DNA of 32,000 bases from an uncultured Actinomycetes bacterium. GTDB lineage: Bacteria > Actinomycetota > Actinomycetes > S36-B12 > CAIYMF01. The notes under the pieces were generated by a model. The model did no database searches. It was not told the DNA's origin and saw only the letters and a list, made by a program, of their open reading frames with translations. Shown here in pieces: positions 16,337 to 22,923 of the stretch (positions within the stretch are counted from its first letter, which is position 1; each line of letters begins with the position of its first letter). Both the position numbers and the translations under genes were made by a program. The stretch lies in the NCBI GenBank assembly GCA_963843975.1, contig CAWJMG010000001.1, forward strand, positions 60,001-92,000, in the 5' to 3' direction.

Positions 16337-16365
16337 ATCGTAATAGTACAGGTGTTCGAACGCAA
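16337..16365 (-). promoter_or_regulatory. candidate leaderless promoter (TTGCGT N17 TACGAT) with an SOS-box-like site TCGAACACCTGTACTA in the spacer
   Basis: The minus strand reads TTGCGT TCGAACACCTGTACTAT TACGAT ATCGGGC ATG. The -10 hexamer ends 7 nt before the ATG, so a transcript would start at or next to the start codon. The box (16344-16359) matches the actinobacterial LexA consensus TCGAAC-N4-GTTCGA at 10 of 12 positions, and the core GAAC-N4-GTTC at 7 of 8. Confidence 0.4.
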
Positions 16366-16561
16366 GACGTTGGCGTGACTTTCTTGAATCCGTTGGGGCA
16401 CAAGGGATCTCGCCGCTCAACGGCCGGACGACGGGACGCCGTCTGATGCCCATCAACGCACGTCGCACCGGTCAGCCGCGCGGCGTGATGGCGGCCGATC
16501 GCTACCATCACCTGGTCTGGCCGGCTCGCGACCCAGGTGTCGCAGGTCCAGCCGAGGGTCG

Positions 16562-16942
16562 ATGAAGGGATCCCCCATGCTGCGTGTCCGCTACGTCGTC
16601 CTGTACGTCACCGACGCCGAGGCCTGCCGCCGGTTCTGGGTCGAGCAGGTGGGGATGGTGGACAAGGACCGCAAGCAGATCGGGGACTTCTCGATCGTCC
16701 AGGTCGGCTTCGCCGATCAGCCTTTCGCGTTCGAGCTCGTGCCGCTCGCTCTCATGGCCGACAACCCCGACGGCCTCGATCTCGCCACCCCATCGATCGC
16801 CTTGCAGACCGATGACCTCCAAGCAACGCGAGCACACCTGATCGAGCGCGGCGTCACGGCCATGGAGATCGGCGACCACGGTGGCGTGACGAGCTTCGCG
16901 TTCAGCGACCCCGAGGGTCGCTGGTTCGCCGTCACGGGCTGA
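16562..16942 (+). CDS. VOC (glyoxalase/bleomycin-resistance/dioxygenase) family protein
   Basis: 126-aa ORF with LRVRYVVLYVTDAEACRRFWVEQVGM and FAFSDPEGRWFAV. The start could instead be ATG 16577. Confidence 0.8.
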   Translation: MKGSPMLRVRYVVLYVTDAEACRRFWVEQVGMVDKDRKQIGDFSIVQVGFADQPFAFELVPLALMADNPDGLDLATPSIALQTDDLQATRAHLIERGVTAMEIGDHGGVTSFAFSDPEGRWFAVTG

Positions 16943-17049
16943 CGGCGACATCGCTACGTCTGATCCACCGACGGGCTCACCCCCGCACCCACCAGCGCGT
17001 CACATCCGGCTGTGATCGAAGCCGAGTCAGATCGGCACGTCTGCAGCAG

Positions 17050-17688
17050 TCAGAACGGGGTTGTTTCGTCCTCGGCAACGGCTATCCATGGCCAAAGTCT
17101 GTCGAGGGTCTCCTGGCTCAGTTGGGCGTTGCCAAGCCAGCGGTGACGGTCGGAAAGAGCGATTCGGATTCGGGGGTGCTCTTCAGCGGCACGCACGAGA
17201 GTCTCTACGAGCGCGTCGCCGTGATCGTTGACCAACGGCTTGGCAACGGCAGCGCCCAGGTAGAACAGAGAATCCCGGTCCGGCGACGTATCCGCCAGGA
17301 CGATCATCACGTCAACGGCTCGCGGGTCGCCCGCAGCGCACATTTCGTCCACCAGGTCTTCTGCCGCCAGCTCCTGATCGGTCGCATCTCGCTGGGGGCC
17401 GTCCTCCCCAAAGCCTCCGGTGGCTTCCAAGGCACCCCACCAGTCGACGGCTAATGCATGGGCATCAGCCCAGTCGTAGACGACAGGGTTGTCCTCATCC
17501 CGCGACTGGGAGCGATTCCGGAACACCCGCACAGTCTGCCGCTCTACCCGATGCCGAAGGCCGGGTATCGCGCGGGTTGTCTCCCGGCGCGATTCCTGCG
17601 GATGGCGGTGTCCGCGCGCGGGGTGCTCCAGGCGAAGTGATCCGCGGGTCGAGGTCGGAGCAGCCGCCGTACCGACCGCCCCTGTCAT
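17050..17688 (-). CDS. hypothetical protein in a lower-GC islet; start uncertain (ATG 17688, or GTG 17532/17526)
   Basis: This is the 3' part of the 465-aa track ORF, whose upstream part overlaps the thioredoxin gene out of frame. The convincing coding part is VVYDWADAHALAVDWWGALEATGG...DVMIVLADTSPDRDSLFYLGAAVAKPLVNDHGDALVETLVRAAEEHPRIRIAL...LDRLWPWI, which looks helical. I cannot assign a family by eye. Confidence 0.55.
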   Translation of the reverse strand: MTGAVGTAAAPTSTRGSLRLEHPARGHRHPQESRRETTRAIPGLRHRVERQTVRVFRNRSQSRDEDNPVVYDWADAHALAVDWWGALEATGGFGEDGPQRDATDQELAAEDLVDEMCAAGDPRAVDVMIVLADTSPDRDSLFYLGAAVAKPLVNDHGDALVETLVRAAEEHPRIRIALSDRHRWLGNAQLSQETLDRLWPWIAVAEDETTPF

Positions 17689-17714
17689 CGAGCGCGGTCG
17701 ATCAGCACAAGGTC

Positions 17715-18671
17715 CTAGAACAGCGCTGACGCCAGCGCGGCGCGGGCCTTGGTGACGCGGGGGTCGTCGCCGACGAGCAGGAACAGCGAGAGCAGGTGGT
17801 CGCGGGCGGCGGCACGCTCGTCTCCCGACGTACGCCGGACGAGCGCGACGATGCGGTCGAACGCGGCGTCGAGGTCGCCGCTCAGCAGATCGATGTCCGA
17901 GGCGAGGGCCTGCGCGTCGAGCGAGTCGGGATCGGCAGAGGCGGCGGCGTACGCGTCCTCGGGGTCGGCGCCGTCGGTGCGGCGCAGCAGCGCGACCTGC
18001 GCGAGGCCGGCCTTGGCGTCGGCGTCGGCCGGGCTCGAGAGGAGCACGGCCTGGTACGCCGCCTCCGCGGCGTCCCAGTCGCCGTTCTCGATGGCGTCGT
18101 AGGCGGCGTCGAAGCGCGGGTCGCCCGCCGGCTCCTCGACCTCGGCCGCAGCCTCGGGCTCGACGACGTCGGAGGGGTCGATGCGGCCGGTCACGCCGTT
18201 GGCCTCGGCGACGCGCAGGAGCTCGTCGAGGTACTGGCGCACCTGGGGCTCGGGCAGCGCGCCCTGGAAGAGCGGGACGGGCTGCCCCTTCACGATCGCG
18301 AAGATCGCGGGGATCGACTGCACCTGGAAGGCCTGGCCGATGCGCGGGTTGGCGTCGACGTCGACCTTCGCGAGCACCCAGGTGCCGGCATCCGCCAGCG
18401 CGAGCCGCTCGAGGATCGGCGACAGGGCCTTGCACGGCTCGCACCACGTGGCCCAGAAGTCCACGACGACCGGCACCGTGAACGACAGGTCGAGCACGGC
18501 CTGGAAGCCGGCCTCGTCCACGTCGAAGACGAGCGGCGACGCCGTAGGCGCTCCACCCTGCTGGGCGAGCCGCTCCTCCGTCTTGGCCTGGGCCTCACGG
18601 GCAGCGGCGACGGCGGCGAGATCCACGGCTCCGCGGAGCGGGACGCGGGCAGCGGGGTTCTGAGAGCTCAC
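17715..18671 (-). CDS. thioredoxin-domain protein with C-terminal TPR-like region (YbbN/CnoX-like)
   Basis: 318-aa ORF starting at GTG. It has VVVDFWATWCEPCKALSPILERLA (a CxxC thioredoxin fold) and then a helical repeat region (GDWDAAEAAYQAVL...DLDAAFDRIVALV). Confidence 0.9.
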   Translation of the reverse strand: MSSQNPAARVPLRGAVDLAAVAAAREAQAKTEERLAQQGGAPTASPLVFDVDEAGFQAVLDLSFTVPVVVDFWATWCEPCKALSPILERLALADAGTWVLAKVDVDANPRIGQAFQVQSIPAIFAIVKGQPVPLFQGALPEPQVRQYLDELLRVAEANGVTGRIDPSDVVEPEAAAEVEEPAGDPRFDAAYDAIENGDWDAAEAAYQAVLLSSPADADAKAGLAQVALLRRTDGADPEDAYAAASADPDSLDAQALASDIDLLSGDLDAAFDRIVALVRRTSGDERAAARDHLLSLFLLVGDDPRVTKARAALASALF

Positions 18672-18729
18672 GGCGTCATTGTCCTACGCCGTCGTGCCCG
18701 AGCACTGCGGCGGGGCGGGTGGTCAGGGT

Positions 18730-18915
18730 TCAGAGGCCCATCGTGCGCATGCTCAGCTCGAACGACTGGCTGGCCACGATCCACCAGGTGGTGGCGACGG
18801 CGGCAGCGGAGCCGATCGCGGCCGCGACGGCCGGGGCGACCCAGGTGCGGTGGGACGCGACGGCCTCCTGCGAGCCGGTGGAGGGCACGGGACGGAGGGT
18901 GGTGGTGGTGGCCAT
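18730..18915 (-). CDS. small (61 aa) single-pass membrane protein, unknown function
   Basis: GAGGAGG lies 5 nt upstream of ATG 18915. The hydrophobic span is WVAPAVAAAIGSAAAVATTWWIVA. It is divergent from the TetR gene and 58 nt upstream of the thioredoxin gene on the same strand. Confidence 0.55.
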   Translation of the reverse strand: MATTTTLRPVPSTGSQEAVASHRTWVAPAVAAAIGSAAAVATTWWIVASQSFELSMRTMGL

Positions 18916-18945
18916 GGTGGCCTCCTCAGATCGGAGGGACTTTCA

Positions 18946-19000
18946 CTACGCTTCGTAGCGTATCGTAGATGTCCCCGAGCGTCGAACCCGACCCGTCGGG
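18946..19000. promoter_or_regulatory. candidate TetR operators in the divergent spacer: ACGCTTCGTAGCGT with a TCGTAG direct repeat, and CCCGAC cc GTCGGG
   Basis: Imperfect 14-bp palindrome at 18948-18961 (12 of 14 symmetric). TCGTAG occurs at 18953-18958 and 18963-18968. Exact 6+6 inverted repeat at 18987-19000. All lie between ATG 18915 (minus) and ATG 19025 (plus). Confidence 0.3.
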
Positions 19001-19024
19001 CACCCGCGTGGGAGGCTCGGCCCG

Positions 19025-19663
19025 ATGAGCACGAGCACCGGAGCCACCCGCGTCCCGCCGGCGTCGCCGCCGCGCGGGCGGCCGCGGTCCTCGGCCGCGG
19101 ACGCCGCCATCCTCGACGCGACCCGCGACCTCCTCGCCGAGCAGGGCTGGACCGGCCTGACGATCGAGGGCGTCGCCACCCGGGCCGGCGTCGCCAAGAC
19201 CACCGTCTACCGCCGCTTCTCCTCGCGCACCGACCTCGCCGTGGCGGCCGTGGCCCAGCTCGTCGACGCCGCGATGGTGCCGGCCGAGCCCGACTGCACG
19301 CCCGACGAGCAGGTACGCCGGTCGATCCTCGCCACGGCCGCCGTCTACCGGATCCCGGCCGCGCGGGCGGCGTACCTCGCGGTGATCGCCGAGGCCGGCC
19401 GCGATCCCGAGCTGAGGAGCGCCGTCGACTCCCAGGTGCTCGGGCCGGCGCGCGCGATGATCGGCGAGCGGCTCGCCATGGGCGTCGAGAAGGGCGAGCT
19501 CGACGCCGCTCAGGCCGAGGCCGCGGCCGACCTGCTGTTCGACATCCTCGCTGGCACCCTCATGCACCGGATGCTCGTGCGCGGGGAGGACATCGACGAC
19601 GACTTCGTCGAGTCACTCGTCCGCACCGTGATCACGTCGCTCGGCGTCGACCACACGCACTAG
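19025..19663 (+). CDS. TetR/AcrR family transcriptional regulator
   Basis: 212-aa ORF with GGGAGG upstream. The HTH block is ILDATRDLLAEQGWTGLTIEGVATRAGVAKTTVYRRFSSRTDL. Confidence 0.9.
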   Translation: MSTSTGATRVPPASPPRGRPRSSAADAAILDATRDLLAEQGWTGLTIEGVATRAGVAKTTVYRRFSSRTDLAVAAVAQLVDAAMVPAEPDCTPDEQVRRSILATAAVYRIPAARAAYLAVIAEAGRDPELRSAVDSQVLGPARAMIGERLAMGVEKGELDAAQAEAAADLLFDILAGTLMHRMLVRGEDIDDDFVESLVRTVITSLGVDHTH

Positions 19664-19680
19664 CGGTCGCTTCGACCGCT
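19662..19680. terminator. hairpin AGCGGTCG ctt CGACCGCT between convergent TetR and ureC
   Basis: 8-bp exact stem with a 3-nt loop. It starts inside the TetR stop codon and ends 27 nt from the ureC stop. No U-tract follows. Confidence 0.4.
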
Positions 19681-19690
19681 CGAGGGCGTC

Positions 19691-19717
19691 GCTAGAGGAA
19701 GTGCCGCTAGAGGAAGT
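19691..19717. repeat. 15-bp tandem duplication spanning the ureC stop codon (GCTAGAGGAAGT gcc GCTAGAGGAAGT)
   Basis: Exact 12-mers at 19691-19702 and 19706-19717. The second copy encodes the last UreC codons plus the stop (reverse complement CTGTACTTCCTCTAG = LYFL*). The first copy repeats ACTTCCTCTAGC just downstream. Confidence 0.75.
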
Positions 19718-21377
19718 ACAGCCGCGACAACGGAACGCTCTGCACCGGGTCCATCGCGAGCAGCTCGCCGTCGAGGTGCACCTCGCCCCCGCGCGGGTCG
19801 ACCACGACCGACGCCGATCCGCGGTGCCCGACCATCGAGCCGAGCCCGACGTCGCGGCACCCGCGCACGGCGACGCGGCGACGTCGCGTCGGGAAGACGT
19901 CGCTGCCGGCGTCCACGGCCGCACCGTTGGTGAACACCACTGCGAGGTCGACCGCCGCACCACCGATGCCGCCGAACTGCGCGGCGATCTGGCGCGGCTC
20001 CGCGATGTCGATGACCGAGTTGGGGTCGCCGACCGTCCCCCAGGCCGGCAGGCCCGACTTGAGGACGAGGTAGGGCTTGGCGCCGAACGTCGCCGGCGAC
20101 CACAGCACGATGTCGGCCATCCGCCCCGGCTGCAGCGAGCCGACCTCGTGCGAGAGCCCGTGCGCCAGTGCGGGATTGATCGTGAGCTTCGCGAGGTAGC
20201 GCAGCACGCGGTCGTTGTCGTGGGGGCTGTCGTCGTCCGCGGGCTTGAGCACGGACGCGAGCTGGAACGTGCGCCGCACGGTCTCGCCCGCACGTCCCAT
20301 GCCCTGGGCGTCGCTGCTCGTGATCGGGATGACGCCGCGGTCGTGCAGCACGTTCTCCGCAGCCATGGTGGCCGCGCGCACGCGGGCGCGCACGATGTCG
20401 GCATCACCCGGGAGATCCGGCTTCAGCGCGTGCACCGTCATGATCATCGCGAAGTGCTCGGCCACCGCGTCGCGGCCGAACGGCAGCGTGGGGTTGGTCG
20501 ACGACGCCAGCACGTGCGGCACGCCGGCGAGGCGCAGGACGTCGGGCGTGTGCCCGCCCCCGCATCCCTCGACGTGGTACGCGTGGAAGACCCGGCCGTC
20601 GGAGACCGCGAGGGTGTCGTCGACCGAGAGCCCCTCGTTGAGCCCGTCGGTGTGGACGGCCACTTGGACGTCGTGCTCCTCGGCCACGGTGAGGCACGTG
20701 TCGAGCGAGCGCAGGTGCGCGCCGGTGTCCTCGTGCACCTTGAAGCCGCACACGCCTGCCTCGATGCCCTCGAGCATCGTGCCGGTGCGCGACGCCGAGC
20801 CGCGGCCGAGCAGGCCGACGTTGATCGGGTAGGCGTCGAAGGCGGCGTACGCCGTGCGCAGCGGCGCGGCCGCGTTGACGCCGACGCCCCAGAACGGCCC
20901 GAACTCCTGGCCGATCACGGTGGTGACACCGCTCGCCAGCGCCGCCTCCATCACGCGAGGCGACAGCAGGTGCACGTGCGTGTCGACGGCACCTGCCGTG
21001 GCGATGAGCCCCTCGCCGTTGATGACGACGGTGCCCGTGCCGACCACGACCTCGACGTCGTCGTTGGTGTCGGGGTTGCCCGCGCGGCCGACGGCGAGGA
21101 TGCGGCCGTCGCGGATGCCGATGCTGGCCGTGCGGATTCCGAGGACGGCGTCGAGCACGAGGACGTTGGTGATGACGACGTCGCACGACTCCGCCGTGGT
21201 GACCGCGCGCAGGCCGATGCCGTCGCGCCCGGTCTTGCCGAAGCCGAGCAGGAACTCGTCGTCGTCGGGCTGGCTGTGCGCCTGCACCTGCACGACGAGG
21301 CCGGTGTCGCCGAGCCGCACGCGGTCGCCGGTGCGCGGGCCGTAGGTCTCGGCGTGGGCCGCCGGGTTGAGCGTCAT
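19707..21377 (-). CDS. ureC: urease alpha (catalytic) subunit
   Basis: ATG 21377 gives MTLNPAAHAETYGPRTGDRVRLGDTGL. Metal-site blocks are all present: DTHVHLLSP, GFKVHEDTG (carbamylated Lys position), VHTDGLNE, FHAYHVEGCGGGHTPD and SSDAQGMGR. Confidence 0.95.
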   Translation of the reverse strand: MTLNPAAHAETYGPRTGDRVRLGDTGLVVQVQAHSQPDDDEFLLGFGKTGRDGIGLRAVTTAESCDVVITNVLVLDAVLGIRTASIGIRDGRILAVGRAGNPDTNDDVEVVVGTGTVVINGEGLIATAGAVDTHVHLLSPRVMEAALASGVTTVIGQEFGPFWGVGVNAAAPLRTAYAAFDAYPINVGLLGRGSASRTGTMLEGIEAGVCGFKVHEDTGAHLRSLDTCLTVAEEHDVQVAVHTDGLNEGLSVDDTLAVSDGRVFHAYHVEGCGGGHTPDVLRLAGVPHVLASSTNPTLPFGRDAVAEHFAMIMTVHALKPDLPGDADIVRARVRAATMAAENVLHDRGVIPITSSDAQGMGRAGETVRRTFQLASVLKPADDDSPHDNDRVLRYLAKLTINPALAHGLSHEVGSLQPGRMADIVLWSPATFGAKPYLVLKSGLPAWGTVGDPNSVIDIAEPRQIAAQFGGIGGAAVDLAVVFTNGAAVDAGSDVFPTRRRRVAVRGCRDVGLGSMVGHRGSASVVVDPRGGEVHLDGELLAMDPVQSVPLSRLYFL

Positions 21378-21390
21378 GCCTGCACCTCCA

Positions 21391-22176
21391 TCATCCCTGC
21401 ACCTCACGGTGCTGCGCGAGGTGCCGGCGTACGGCCGCGACGGCGCCCTCCGGGTCGCCGCCCTCCACCGCGGTGTCGAGGAATCCCGTGGCGTGCAGCA
21501 GGTCGAGCGCCCGCTCCTTCGCGCCCGGGGCGTCGAGCGGGCCGTCGACGAGGCCGGCGAAGCCGATCACCACGCGCTCGCCGCGGATGGGCACGAGCCG
21601 CACCCGCACGGTCCCCCCCGGCGGGAACAGCGTGCTGCTCCCCGACGCGACGTCGAGGTGCCGGCCGTACGCCGCGCCGCGGTCGAACGAGAGCCGCGGG
21701 TTCACCTCGAAGAAGTGGAAGTGGCTCGTCACGGTGACCGGCACGGCGGCGGTGTTGGCGACGTCGACCTCGATCACGTCGAGCCGCGCGCTGCGCTCCG
21801 CGTCGAGCGTCGGATCGGCGTCAGGATCGGCGGCGACCTCGATCGCGCCGGGGGCGCCGGCACCCAGGTGCCCGCCGCCGATCGGGTCCGGGACGACGAC
21901 GAGGCGCGTGCCGTCGTCGAACACGGCCTCGACCTTGACGTCGGCGAGGACGTCGGCGACGCCGGGCAGCACGTCGTCCGGGCCGAGGACGGCCTGGCCG
22001 ATCGCGATGGCCTCCTCGTGCCGGCGGCCGTCGCGCGCGGCCTCGGCCACGGTGTCGGCGATGAGCGCGGTCGCCTCCGGCACGTTCAGCCGGAGGCCGC
22101 GGGCACGGCGGGCGCGCGCGAGCTCGGCCACCGTGAAGATCAGGAGCCGGTCGCGCTCGGACGGGGTGAGCTGCAC
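21391..22176 (-). CDS. ureAB: fused urease gamma-beta subunit with a ~45-aa C-terminal extension
   Basis: GTG 22176 gives MQLTPSERDRLLIFTVAELARARRARGLRLNVPEATALI (gamma), then VTSHFHFFEVNPRLSFDR...VRLVPIRGERVVIGFAGLVDGPL (beta), then the tail DAPGAKERALDLLHATGFLDTAVEGG. The stop is 13 nt before the ureC ATG. Confidence 0.9.
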   Translation of the reverse strand: MQLTPSERDRLLIFTVAELARARRARGLRLNVPEATALIADTVAEAARDGRRHEEAIAIGQAVLGPDDVLPGVADVLADVKVEAVFDDGTRLVVVPDPIGGGHLGAGAPGAIEVAADPDADPTLDAERSARLDVIEVDVANTAAVPVTVTSHFHFFEVNPRLSFDRGAAYGRHLDVASGSSTLFPPGGTVRVRLVPIRGERVVIGFAGLVDGPLDAPGAKERALDLLHATGFLDTAVEGGDPEGAVAAVRRHLAQHREVQG

Positions 22177-22228
22177 GCCGTCATCCTGGCAGCCGGCGCC
22201 GCCCTCCGGCGGGCGACGCCCGGGACGG

Positions 22229-22735
22229 TCAGCAGTTCTTGCCGACGTACACCGCGAGCACGCCGATCTCCTTCGTGCTCTGCGACAGCACCTCGGCGAA
22301 CGCCTGCTGCGCGCTGAGGCCTCCCGCGCTGCCGTCGATGGTGTCGGCGAGCGCCGCGATGGCGTCCGCGTAGGCGTTCGCCTCCTTCGACACCTCGGCG
22401 GGCGCGTACTTCTTCATGTCCGCCGCCGCGGTGCGGAACACCGCGGCCGCCTCGGCGTCCGACGACGCGTCGCCGATGTTGTCGAGCTCCTTGAAGGCGC
22501 CGCAGAAGTCGGTGGCCTCCCCTCGCGCAGCCGGCTCGGACGACGAGCTGTCCTCGCTCGGCGTCGCCGCCGCGGTGGAGGACTCGGCGGGCTCGGACGA
22601 CGACGCGGCTGCGCTCGAGCCTGCGCTCGACGCGGCGCTCTGCGCCACCTCGGACGCGGCTCCGCCGCCGCACGCGGTGAGGACGAGGGCCGCGGCCGCC
22701 AGGACGGCGACGCTGAGGGCACGGCTGCGGGACAT
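22229..22735 (-). CDS. lipoprotein of unknown function (Ser/Ala-rich linker plus helical domain ending in Cys)
   Basis: GGAGGA lies 6 nt upstream of ATG 22735. MSRSRALSVAVLAAAALVLTAC carries lipobox LTAC. The stop is 52 nt upstream of ureAB on the same strand. Confidence 0.8.
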   Translation of the reverse strand: MSRSRALSVAVLAAAALVLTACGGGAASEVAQSAASSAGSSAAASSSEPAESSTAAATPSEDSSSSEPAARGEATDFCGAFKELDNIGDASSDAEAAAVFRTAAADMKKYAPAEVSKEANAYADAIAALADTIDGSAGGLSAQQAFAEVLSQSTKEIGVLAVYVGKNC

Positions 22736-22923
22736 GGGGGCTCCTCCGTTGGCGGTCGTGACGACGTCGCCGACGGTAGGGCCGAAAACCCCTGCCGCCC
22801 GGCACATCTCGCGAGTCGTCACCTCGACGCAACAGGAGTTCGACAGAGCGACGCCGCACGGCTACCGAGTGTTGGGGATGCTCGCCGTGAGCAGTCGCCG
22901 CAGCACCGAGAGCGACGTCGACG

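Noticed and set aside
14682-16391. TCTTGATCC / TCTTGAATCC flanking the HNH gene as a target-site duplication
   Set aside because: A 9/10-nt match with an indel is too short to be significant on its own. It is mentioned in the finding as a weak hint only.
17689-18447. Upstream part of the 465-aa ORF 17050-18447 (-)
   Set aside because: It overlaps the thioredoxin-TPR gene in another frame and has Arg/Gly/Pro/Ala shadow composition. The real downstream gene must start after the thioredoxin stop at 17715.
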